DNA of 32,000 nt from Candidatus Saccharimonadota bacterium (GTDB lineage Bacteria > Bacteroidota > Bacteroidia > Flavobacteriales > Blattabacteriaceae). The position numbers were made by a program, and so were the translations under genes. The DNA lies in the NCBI RefSeq assembly GCF_000709555.1, contig NZ_CP006873.1:120001-152000 (forward strand), given 5' to 3'. The notes beneath the pieces are model-generated. The model was not told the origin of the DNA, searched no databases, and saw only the letters and a list, made by a program, of their open reading frames with translations. Below, piece after piece: positions 10,377 to 18,828 of this stretch. Numbering within the stretch: the stretch's first letter is position 1; every line of letters starts with the position of its first letter.

Positions 10377-10450
10377 GGCGTGGTAGCTCAGCTGGTTAGA
10401 GCGTCGGATTCATAACTCGGAGGCCGGGGGTTCAATACCCCCCCACGCTA
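10377..10450 (+). tRNA. tRNA with CAT anticodon (Met; elongator vs initiator vs lysidine-Ile2 not resolvable by eye)
   Basis: Hand-folded cloverleaf. The acceptor is GGCGTGG/CCACGCT (G1-U72 wobble) and the D arm is GCTC-AGCTGGTTA-GAGC. The anticodon arm is TCGGA-TTCATAA-CTCGG, with an A31/C39 mismatch and two G-U pairs. The T arm is GGGGG-TTCAATA-CCCCC and the discriminator is A. No encoded CCA. Ends are accurate to about 1 nt. Confidence 0.85.
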
Positions 10451-10510
10451 AAATTTTGGAGAGACCCTATTTGTAGAGATCCCCTATCAATATTATAAAA
10501 TATAGTTTCT

Positions 10511-11617
10511 ATGAAATTCATAGTTTCAAGTTCACAACTTTTAACCCAACTTAAAATATTACTTGGACTAATTAGCAGTAGTAATGCTCTACCTATTTTA
10601 GATAATTTTCTTTTTGAATTACAGGGAGACCAGCTTATTATTACTTCGTCCGATTTAGAGACTACTATAAGTTGCAAAACGCAAGTAAATTCTTACACAG
10701 TAGGTAAAATAGCAGTTCCAGCAAGGTTGATTACTGATATAATAAAAAATTTTGATGAGCAAACACTAACGTTTTCTACAAGAAGAGATACTCTAGAAAT
10801 TACTTCAGAACAAGGATCTTATTCTTTACCCTTCCAAAATGGTGAAGAATTTCCTAAAGCTCCTATTCTAGAGAGGCAAAATCTGTTGCTGTTAAAAACA
10901 AATACTTTATTAAAGGTGATCAATAAAACTCTTTTTGCTACCAGTTCCGATGAATTTTTACTAGTAATGACGGGTGTTCTTTTCCAACTGACTCCTGAAG
11001 GATCTACTTTTGTCGCTACCGATGCTCATCAACTGGTTAAACATGTGATAAAAGATTTAAAGACCGAAAAAATTACTGAATTCATTCTTCCCAAGAAACC
11101 ATTGAAGCTGCTTAAAAATATGCTTCCTGAAGAAGGGGAGCTAACTATAGAATATAATGAAACTAATACCCGTTTTATTTTTGACCACCAAATTCTGACA
11201 TGTCAACTAATTATTGGAAAATATCCAAATTATGAAACAGTAATTCCAAAAGAGAGTAATAAAGTTCTTACTATTAACCGAAAGTTATTTTTAAGAATTC
11301 TTAAAAGAATTTCTATTTTTTCTAATAAAACCACAAATAAAATTTGTTTCCATTTCAATAGAGACCAAACAAAAATAATTACAGAAGATGTTGATTTTTC
11401 AAACAAAGCGCAAGAAATCTTTCCTTTCGATTATAAAGGAGAAGACATTACAATAGGTTTTAATTCAAAATTTATGATAGAAATACTATCCCATCTACGT
11501 TCTGAGGAGATAATATTTAAAATGTCGGAACCTCACCTAGCCGGTATTTTAATCCCTTTAGAAAATGAAGAAGGAGAAGTTCTGATGTTAGTTATGCCTA
11601 TAATGCTTAACGATTAA
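10511..11617 (+). CDS. dnaN: DNA polymerase III beta sliding clamp
   Basis: 368-aa ORF of typical three-domain clamp length. Clamp-like segments include MKFIVSSSQLLTQLKILLGLISSSNALPILDNFLFEL, ATDAHQLV and the C-terminal PIMLND. Divergent but recognisable. Confidence 0.88.
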   Translation: MKFIVSSSQLLTQLKILLGLISSSNALPILDNFLFELQGDQLIITSSDLETTISCKTQVNSYTVGKIAVPARLITDIIKNFDEQTLTFSTRRDTLEITSEQGSYSLPFQNGEEFPKAPILERQNLLLLKTNTLLKVINKTLFATSSDEFLLVMTGVLFQLTPEGSTFVATDAHQLVKHVIKDLKTEKITEFILPKKPLKLLKNMLPEEGELTIEYNETNTRFIFDHQILTCQLIIGKYPNYETVIPKESNKVLTINRKLFLRILKRISIFSNKTTNKICFHFNRDQTKIITEDVDFSNKAQEIFPFDYKGEDITIGFNSKFMIEILSHLRSEEIIFKMSEPHLAGILIPLENEEGEVLMLVMPIMLND

Positions 11618-11627
11618 AAATATTTGC

Positions 11628-13706
11628 ATGAAAATATCTTACAACTGGCTTACGAAATATTTATACTCTGAATTAACGGCTAACCAGATTTGTGAAATAC
11701 TTACTGATATAGGGCTTGAAGTAGAAAATTGTGAAGAATTATATAGTCCACTTTTAACGAAAAAGGATTATCTACTTGAAGTAAATATTACACCTAATCG
11801 GTCATATGCTATGAGTCATTTTGGTATAGCAAGAGATATTTATGCTGCTCTCAAGGTGAGAAAATATAAAGTAGAAATTCATAGACCTGATATAAAGAAT
11901 TTTAAATCAGAGAAAAATGTTTTATGTTTCCCTATCTCTATCAAATCTCCTGAACATTGTATTCGTTATAGCGGATGTTTTATAAAAGGTGTCAGAATCG
12001 CCCCCTCTCCAACTTGGCTCCAGAAACGGTTACAATCTATACAATTAAATCCTATTAATAATGTCGTAGACGTTCCCAACTTTGTTATGAACGAGATAGG
12101 GCAACCTATTCACGTTTTTGATTCTGATAATATTAAAGGAGAAAAAATATACATAAAAACATTATCTAATAATGGGATCCCGTTTCAAACAGTAGATAAG
12201 AGAAAATATCTCCTTCATAAGGACGATCTAATGATTTGTGATACTCATAGACCACTTTTTTTAGCTGGGATTTTAGGAAGTATTCATTCAAGCGTTACTG
12301 ATAAAACACAAAATATATTCCTTGAAAGCGCCTGTTTTAATCCTATGAATATCAGAAAAAGTGTTAAAAGACATGCCGTGAACACTGATGCTTCCTTTCG
12401 AGTGGAACGTGGAACAGATCCAGAACAAGTACTTTATGCTCTAAAACGAGCAGCACTACTAATACAAGAAATTGCAGGGGGAAGAATATCTGAACCTATA
12501 GATCTTTATCCTAAACCTGTAAAATGTTTTACAATAGAATTGCGTTATGAAACAATCAATCGTATTTTAGGTGAAACGCTTAGGAAGAATGAAGTAAAAA
12601 AAATTCTTTACTTATTGGATCTAAATATTTTATCAGAAAATAAAAAAATGCTAAGGGTTTCTGTTCCACCTTATAGGATAGATGTCCAAAACGAATGTGA
12701 TATCATCGAAGAAATTTTCAGAATGTATGGATATAATAGGGGAAAAACATCTGGAACCTTTTGTTTTTCTCTAAAGGGAGAAAAAAAAATACCTAATTCT
12801 GAAACAACGAAAGAAAAAATATCAACTTTTTTGAATGCACAAGGCTTTTATGAAGTAATTAATTTATCTCTTACGCATTCCAAATATAAACAATTCTTCA
12901 GGGACGAATCTTTTAAAGATATTGAACTATTAAATCCGCTTAGCGAAGATTGCTCCCTTTTGAGACAAAGTTTATTGTTCGGACTTTTAGAACGTGTTTC
13001 TCATAACATTAATCATAGGAATACTTTTTTAAAACTCTTCGAATGGGGAAAAATTTATGGAAAAAACCCCGAAAAATATATAGAAAATGAACGGTTATCG
13101 TTGGTAATAAGTGTCAAACAAAATAAAAAACATTGGTTACACTCCAAAGAATTCTTTTCATTTTTTGCCCTAAAAGGGATTGTGGAAGCTTTACTAAAAA
13201 TAAGTGGGGTTACCCATTTTGAACAAATACTTACAGAAGACAACCTTTTAGGTAAAAGTATTTTGTTTACCTATAAACAGTATGATCTAGTTAGACTGGG
13301 AAGTGTCAAGAAATCTATAATAGAGCATTTTGATATTAAACAAGAAGTATTTTATGCTGAAATATATTGGGAATATTTAATAAAAATATTTCAGGTAAAC
13401 AGAATTGTTTTTAAGAAATTGCCTAAATATCCTGGGGTTCGTAGAGATTTATCTATTTTGATAAATAGAAATATATCTTTTGAAGAACTCTATCAAGAGT
13501 CGAAAAAAACAGAAAAAAAACTTCTTAAAGAAGTACATCTATTTGATGTATATGAAGGAGAAAAGCTCCCTTTCGGTAAAAAATCTTATGCTTTGAGTTT
13601 CTATTTTGAAGACCAAGAACGGACTCTAACTGTTGATCGTATAAATCAGGTTATGGATAACATACGTCACGCTCTTAAAAAATCCTTTGATGCAGAGTTT
13701 AGATAG
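11628..13706 (+). CDS. pheT: Phenylalanyl-tRNA synthetase beta subunit, shortened (lacks the N-terminal OB-fold tRNA-binding domain)
   Basis: 692-aa ORF. It has the MKISYNWL N-terminus, a B3/4 domain (ITPNRSYAMSHFGIARDIYAAL, NNVVDVPNFVMNEIGQPIHVFD), a B5 region (PPYRIDVQNECDIIEEIFRMYGYN) and a C-terminal FDX-ACB-like domain (KYPGVRRDLSILI...FDVYEGEKLPFGKKSYALSFYF). Confidence 0.93.
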   Translation: MKISYNWLTKYLYSELTANQICEILTDIGLEVENCEELYSPLLTKKDYLLEVNITPNRSYAMSHFGIARDIYAALKVRKYKVEIHRPDIKNFKSEKNVLCFPISIKSPEHCIRYSGCFIKGVRIAPSPTWLQKRLQSIQLNPINNVVDVPNFVMNEIGQPIHVFDSDNIKGEKIYIKTLSNNGIPFQTVDKRKYLLHKDDLMICDTHRPLFLAGILGSIHSSVTDKTQNIFLESACFNPMNIRKSVKRHAVNTDASFRVERGTDPEQVLYALKRAALLIQEIAGGRISEPIDLYPKPVKCFTIELRYETINRILGETLRKNEVKKILYLLDLNILSENKKMLRVSVPPYRIDVQNECDIIEEIFRMYGYNRGKTSGTFCFSLKGEKKIPNSETTKEKISTFLNAQGFYEVINLSLTHSKYKQFFRDESFKDIELLNPLSEDCSLLRQSLLFGLLERVSHNINHRNTFLKLFEWGKIYGKNPEKYIENERLSLVISVKQNKKHWLHSKEFFSFFALKGIVEALLKISGVTHFEQILTEDNLLGKSILFTYKQYDLVRLGSVKKSIIEHFDIKQEVFYAEIYWEYLIKIFQVNRIVFKKLPKYPGVRRDLSILINRNISFEELYQESKKTEKKLLKEVHLFDVYEGEKLPFGKKSYALSFYFEDQERTLTVDRINQVMDNIRHALKKSFDAEFR

Positions 13707-13742
13707 AATTATGGATCCCCATTACTATTTATCTCAAACAAT

Positions 13743-13892
13743 ATGAGAATCCAATTTTTAGTCTTTTTATTTTTTTTATTCCTGACATTCTCAGGATTTT
13801 GGTGTATAATATTCTTAGTTTCTATAATTCCCTACTGGATCACAGCTGAAGTTTCTGGGATAATAAGGATGAAGTGCAAAGAAAACCTTTAA
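13743..13892 (+). CDS. Hypothetical 49-aa hydrophobic peptide (possibly spurious)
   Basis: Hand-translated ATG..TAA ORF below the ORF-track size cutoff: MRIQFLVFLFFLFLTFSGFWCIIFLVSIIPYWITAEVSGIIRMKCKENL. It could form one or two hydrophobic helices. It sits in a 295-bp convergent spacer. F/L/I-rich ORFs arise easily by chance in AT-rich DNA. Confidence 0.15.
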   Translation: MRIQFLVFLFFLFLTFSGFWCIIFLVSIIPYWITAEVSGIIRMKCKENL

Positions 13893-14001
13893 CCCAACAA
13901 AACAAAAAAATATACAATTCATTTGTGGCCTGGAGCTATAAAAGCATCTTAGAGAAAATTATTAATGGCAGAAACAAATTGTTTAAATCCGCTGCCTGAA
14001 G

Positions 14002-14997
14002 TTATTTTTGTCCTGAAGGGGTTTTAATACGTTTCCATAAAGCCTCTTTGAGTTCTTCTAATCCTTTTTTATGATGAGAAGATATGAATATAGTATGTAA
14101 ATCTATAGGAATTTTTTCTTTAAGACTTTGGTAGTCTAATAAATCAGATTTAGAAATAACCAAAAGATGCTTTTTATTCATCATATTAGGATTATAAGCC
14201 GATATCTCTTTCAAAAGAATATCATATTCTTTTACAATATCTCTCGAATTAGCAGGGATCAAAAAGACAAGCACTGCATTACGTTCAATATGACGAAGAA
14301 AACGATCCCCTATCCCTCTTCCTTTACTTGCCCCATCTATAATGCCAGGAATATCAGCCATTATAAAGGATTGTTTATATTTGTACTGCACAATTCCTAG
14401 TTGAGGAACTAGAGTCGTAAAAGCATAATCTGCAATTTTAGGTTTGGCTTCTGTAAGTACGGAAAGTAGTGTAGACTTTCCTGCATTAGGAAATCCTACA
14501 ATACCAACATCTGACAATATTTTTAGTTCTAAAAAAATCCATTCTTCTTTTCCTGGACACCCAGGTTGTGAATATTTCTTTGTTTTATTTAACGCATTTC
14601 TAAAATGCCAATTACCTAGACCACCTCTTCCTCCCTCTAACAGCATTTTTTTTTGCCTTTCCTGAGTTATTTCAAAAATAAGATTTTCTTTTTTATCTTT
14701 GACGATAGTTCCAATAGGAACTTGCAATACTAGATCTTGTCCTGACGCTCCTTTCATCCTATTTCCTTTTCCTGGTAGTCCGTTTTCAGCTTTAAAATGT
14801 CTGTTATATTTAAAATGAAGTAGCGTCCATATTTTACAATTCCCTTGCAAGAAAATACTTCCTCCATTTCCTCCATCTCCTCCGTCAAAACCACCTTTAG
14901 ACACAAATTTTTCCCTCCGAAAATGTAATGACCCGGAACCGCCAGCTCCACTTTTGCAACAAATTTGGACTTGGTCTATGAAATTACCTGTATACAT
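14002..14997 (-). CDS. obg: GTPase Obg/CgtA
   Basis: 331-aa ORF. It has the glycine-rich Obg fold (SGAGGSGSLHFRREKFVSKGGFDGGDGGNGGSIFL), G1 GFPNAGKSTLLS, G3 DIPGII and G4 ISKSD. Confidence 0.95.
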   Translation of the reverse strand: MYTGNFIDQVQICCKSGAGGSGSLHFRREKFVSKGGFDGGDGGNGGSIFLQGNCKIWTLLHFKYNRHFKAENGLPGKGNRMKGASGQDLVLQVPIGTIVKDKKENLIFEITQERQKKMLLEGGRGGLGNWHFRNALNKTKKYSQPGCPGKEEWIFLELKILSDVGIVGFPNAGKSTLLSVLTEAKPKIADYAFTTLVPQLGIVQYKYKQSFIMADIPGIIDGASKGRGIGDRFLRHIERNAVLVFLIPANSRDIVKEYDILLKEISAYNPNMMNKKHLLVISKSDLLDYQSLKEKIPIDLHTIFISSHHKKGLEELKEALWKRIKTPSGQK

Positions 14998-15045
14998 ACT
15001 ATTTTGGTACTTTTAGATGATAACGTAAAAGATCTCCGGTTTAAA

Positions 15046-16065
15046 TTATATATGAATACATGTCCCAGTCCCAAAGGCATCAGCTTCCATAATTGCTTCA
15101 CTAAGAGTAGGATGTATAGACTTAAGAATTTCATGACTGGTTGTTTCTAATTTCCGAGCGATCACAGCTTCTGTAATTATGTCCGTAACCCCTGTCCCTA
15201 TTATATGACATCCTAGCCATTCCCCATAGCATCAAAAATAACTTTAATAAAACCTTCCTTCATTTTCACCATTAATAGCGTCCAAGAGCAGTCTTTAGTT
15301 TCTTTTTCTACCGGAATATTTCCATAATCTCACCCTTGCTCTACACAGGTCAGGCCTGGGACGACATCATAATAACCATCAATATTCGTTCTATGATCCA
15401 CTTCTTCTAATCCTAGTAATTCCACATTAGGGGTAGACAGCAGACAGTACTACATCAGTTTCTATAATTCTTTCTTGTTTAGGACCTTTAATAGAAACTT
15501 TTATGTCTTTCCCAGAGGGATCTACTTTAAATACTGATGAAGAAGTAAGAACTTCTATACCACTTTTTTTAAAAGAAAGTTGTTGAGAAATTTCCGAGTC
15601 TACTGTTGGAAGAATATTTGCAAGCTTTTCTATTAAAGTAACTTTCGTTCCCAACGTATTATAAAAATAGGCAAATTCTACTCCAATTGCTCCTGTAGCA
15701 AGGATAATGTTCTGGGATTCACATTCTTTTTCATTTTCTTTAAATAACTTTTTTACCAGGATGAATTTTCGCCCTTCCAAAAATCACTTCTATTTTATTT
15801 TTCCGCATCAAAAAATTAATCCCTTTTCTCATCTTTTCAGATATATTTCTGCTCCGTTTAATCATACTAAGAAAATCGAAATGAATATTTTCAGCGATCA
15901 ATCCATAATCTTCGGCATGTTTAAGAGAATGAAATGTATTTGCACTTTTAAGCAAAGATTTAGTAGCCCAGACAAACCAAGATGCTCTTTTTCAATAATG
16001 GCTGAGACCTAATTGTGCAGCTATGATCGCAGCACGGGACCAATAACGATTAAATCAAAATCCAT
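15046..16065 (-). pseudogene. lpdA: Dihydrolipoyl dehydrogenase (E3) pseudogene with multiple frameshifts, in-frame stops and internal deletions
   Basis: Co-linear reverse-strand fragments occur in at least 3 frames. The ATG at 16065-16063 gives MDFDLIVIG, then a disrupted FAD GxGxxG region and a TAG after 14 codons. Track ORF 15740..15955 reads LKSANTFHSLKHAEDYGL...KGINFLMRKNKIEV. Track ORF 15427..15780 reads IILATGAIGVEFAYFYNTLGTKVTLIEKLANILP...VVLSAVYP then stop. Next comes PNVELLGLEEVDHRTNIDGYYDV... with stops. The C-terminal interface domain WLGCHIIGTGVTDIITEAVIARKLETTSHEILKSIHPTLSEAIMEADAFG ends at TAA 15048-15046. The span is about 1.02 kb, against about 1.4 kb for an intact lpdA. Confidence 0.87.
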
Positions 16066-16280
16066 ATGACGTTTTCTCTATAGAAAAATTCTAATATATA
16101 TTTTTTTTTAATATATATTTTAAGTTTAATTTCAGTAATAAATTTGCCTCCAAACATGGGTAAGTATAATCGGAGTTACGTAAGGCAAAGAAAAGTATGA
16201 CGGTCACACACTGAGTGGAAGAAAAATAATCGGAGCACGAGATAAACATTGATATTTCTATTACGTATTACGTATAAAAG

Positions 16281-17186
16281 ATGAAGAAAAAACTACGAGG
16301 GATAGGTCTAGCTCTCGCAACGCCTTTTGACGAAAAAAATAGAGTCGATTTCAAAGGTTTAGAACGACTAACAGAACACGTTTTAAAAGAAGATATAGAT
16401 TATCTAGTTCTTCTAGGTACTACTGCTGAATCAGCAACATTGAAAAATGAGGAAAAGAACGATATTATACGTTGTATTCATTCTCTGAATAAAAAAAAAG
16501 TCCCTATTGTCCTCAGTATAGGAGGTAATAATACCGAAAAAGTAATTAAAAAAATTGAACAGACCCAGATTTTTTATTTTGAAGCTTTTGAAGCTATTCT
16601 TTCAATAGTCCCTTATTATAATAGACCTTCCCAAGAAGGGATTTATCAGCATTTTAAACAAATAGTAGAGAAAACCAAGGCTAAAATTATTTTATATAAT
16701 GTACCCTCGAGAACTGGATCTAATATTCTTCCAAAAACTGTATTACGACTTTCGAAAGAATTTGAAAATATTGTAGCTATTAAAGAAGTTTCTGGAAGCC
16801 TGATACAATCTTATGAGATCATAAAGGAAAAGCCTAAGCATTTCAGTGTCATTTCCGGAGACGATATCCTAGCTCTTCCTACTATTTTAGGTGGAGGGGA
16901 CGGTCTGATATCAGTTCTTGGACAAGGTCTTCCAAATGTCTTTTCTCAAATGGTACATCACGCACTAGAAGGTAATGTGAAAGAGTCGTTTAAACATTAT
17001 TATCAAATGTTAGATCTTATGAATCTGATTTATAAAGAAGGAAACCCTTCAGGGATTAAATCATTATTACATATATTAAACGTCTGTGAATCTTATGTTC
17101 GTTTACCTCTGGTTAGAGCTTCAGAAATTCTTTCAAGAAAAATAGAGGAGGCTTACAAGCGTTATATAAAAATATGTACCGTATAG
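16281..17186 (+). CDS. dapA: 4-hydroxy-tetrahydrodipicolinate synthase
   Basis: 301-aa ORF. Motifs are GTTAESATL, YNVPSRTG, and the Schiff-base lysine context IVAIKEVSGS. Confidence 0.94.
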   Translation: MKKKLRGIGLALATPFDEKNRVDFKGLERLTEHVLKEDIDYLVLLGTTAESATLKNEEKNDIIRCIHSLNKKKVPIVLSIGGNNTEKVIKKIEQTQIFYFEAFEAILSIVPYYNRPSQEGIYQHFKQIVEKTKAKIILYNVPSRTGSNILPKTVLRLSKEFENIVAIKEVSGSLIQSYEIIKEKPKHFSVISGDDILALPTILGGGDGLISVLGQGLPNVFSQMVHHALEGNVKESFKHYYQMLDLMNLIYKEGNPSGIKSLLHILNVCESYVRLPLVRASEILSRKIEEAYKRYIKICTV

Positions 17187-17248
17187 GAGCTTGAAACGAT
17201 TTTCTTTACAAAGCGATAGCCAAATTAGTATTTCGTAATTAAAAAAAT

Positions 17249-17536
17249 ATGAACGAAATTTTCGACCTAAACGAATTAGAAAAGTGTGGAGAAAATATTT
17301 ATGTAATTATAAATATACTTGGGAAGCGTTCTAATCAAATTATCAATTATATTAAAATGAAATTACAGAAACCACTTGAATCGTCCTCTAATAATTTATT
17401 AGAGAATATTCTTGAAAAGAAAGAACAGATAGAAATCTATAGAACTTATGAAAATCTTCCTAAACCTACCTCCATGGCTATTCAAGAATTGATAGATGGA
17501 AAGTTATTTTTCTATAACCCAAATGAGTCTAATTAA
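17249..17536 (+). CDS. rpoZ: Probable RNA polymerase omega subunit (Bacteroidota type)
   Basis: 95-aa ORF. NIYVIINILGKRSNQI plus KEQIEIYRTYENLPKPTSMAIQELIDGKLFF resembles, from my memory, the flavobacterial omega pattern (N-Y-E...KRA-QI ... KEQIEVSKFYE-LPKP). Not verified by search. Confidence 0.6.
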   Translation: MNEIFDLNELEKCGENIYVIINILGKRSNQIINYIKMKLQKPLESSSNNLLENILEKKEQIEIYRTYENLPKPTSMAIQELIDGKLFFYNPNESN

Positions 17537-17740
17537 CAAGATTTTTAATAACCCCTAATCGAGCATCTAGAATTTAAGTTTAAAACCCGTATTCGTATAT
17601 CATGAATTAGTTTAAAGTTTAAAGTTTAAGTTCCTCATCTGAAAGGTGATACTGCGACAAGTGCTTGTCCTAGCGTCTCTGTGGCCATTTCGCAAATACT
17701 TTTATAATGTTTAGCGATCTATAAAATTTAACCCAATAAC

Positions 17741-18828
17741 ATGTATAAGCTTAGCATTCCAAAAGGAACACGAGATTTTTCACCGTTGAAAACCTTTCAG
17801 TTCTCATGGGAACAGAAAGTAATAGGTTGATACGATTTAATAAATATTCTCCAGAGAAATATTTTAGTTCTCAATCTTTGTTATCAAATATATCTGGAAA
17901 AGCCCTTCGTTATGATTTAACAGTGCCTTTTGCACGTTATGTTACTATGCATCGGAATGAAATATTTTTTCCTTTTAAAAGATATCAAATCCAACAAGTA
18001 TGGCGTCCTCAAAAAGCTAGATTTAGAGAATTTTATCAATTTGGCTAGAACTTTTACAACTTTACGATGCCATTTTGACTGAACTAAGTTTCCCAGTTAT
18101 TATTCATATTAATCACAGAGAATTACTTGTAGCGTTATCCTAAATCTTATTGGAACATTTTTCCCACTGCATTAGATAAATGGTAGAAAATCGGTTCTAA
18201 ACTAGTATATAAAGAAATGATTCAAGGAGGTATTCCAGAGAATATAATTAAACAACTTCAAATCTTTTTAGAAAAACAAATAAATTGATTTTTAAAATCA
18301 ACAAAAAATTCTTTTTAATATATTTTCTGGTTCGAACCGAGGAAAGAAGGCTTTAAATGATCTTAAATTTATATGGAAAAATCTGCAAATGCAAAATTAA
18401 ATTTTAACCTTAGATTAGTTCGTGGGTTGAATTATTACACAGGAATGATATGCGAGCCGAAAGCCATCAATTGGAGGCGGTTATGATGAACTGACTAGAA
18501 TTTTTGGTTTTAAAAATGTTTCAGGAATAGGGCTATCTCTTGGTTTAGAGAGAATATATATTTCCATGAAAACAAATTGAAGATACCAATTTTGTTTGGA
18601 GAATGGGAAGCATTACACGCTATACGTCATATTCAATTCCTTCGAAAAAAGGACATTCCATCAGAATTATATCCTGATAGTGTTAAACTGTCTAAACAGC
18701 TTAAGTATGCTAATAAACGTGGATTTTACATCATAGCTATTGTTGGAGAAAAAGAAATAGAAAAAGGAATTATTAAAATAAAAAATCTAAGAACAATCAA
18801 TTTCTCACGATGTAGACCTGGTCAGTGA
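17741..18828 (+). pseudogene. hisS: Histidyl-tRNA synthetase pseudogene with multiple stops, frameshifts and deletions
   Basis: The ATG at 17741 gives [15 protein letters not shown], then a TGA at 17828-17830, and the motif-1 region is absent. Track ORF 17806..18048 reads [48 protein letters not shown] then TAG. Further on come TALDKW-stop-KIG, LVRGLNYYTG then stop, and [31 protein letters not shown] (the motif 3 arginine is deleted) then stop. Track ORF 18577..18828 is the anticodon-binding domain remnant. The span is about 1.09 kb, against about 1.35-1.4 kb intact. Confidence 0.88.

Noticed and set aside
10432-10677. 81-aa minus-strand ORF
   Set aside because: It overlaps the 3' end of tRNA-Met and the 5' end of dnaN on the opposite strand. 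It has no motifs and is judged spurious.
10511-11617. Replication origin next to dnaN
   Set aside because: There is no dnaA gene. I saw no DnaA-box cluster (TTATCCACA-like) in the flanking short spacers, and this window shows no evident strand-bias switch. There is no basis for calling oriC.
15427-15955. Two ORF-track entries (15427-15780 and 15740-15955, minus strand) as separate genes. Also the + strand ORFs 14965-15150 and 15707-16012.
   Set aside because: The minus-strand pieces are consecutive frame-shifted fragments of one lpdA pseudogene. The + strand ORFs are antisense shadows across the same decayed locus.
17656-17669. Hairpin GACAA-GTGC-TTGTC in the rpoZ-hisS spacer as a terminator. 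Also the (GTTTAAA)3 run near 17613-17633.
   Set aside because: The hairpin is short, lies 120 nt from the rpoZ stop and is not followed by a T-run. The heptamer run is a low-complexity AT repeat of only three units. Neither is strong enough to annotate.
17806-18828. ORF-track entries 17806-18048 and 18577-18828 as independent small genes
   Set aside because: Both are co-linear fragments of HisRS (the motif-2 region and the anticodon-binding domain). They are separated by stop-filled HisRS-like sequence, so I called one pseudogene.
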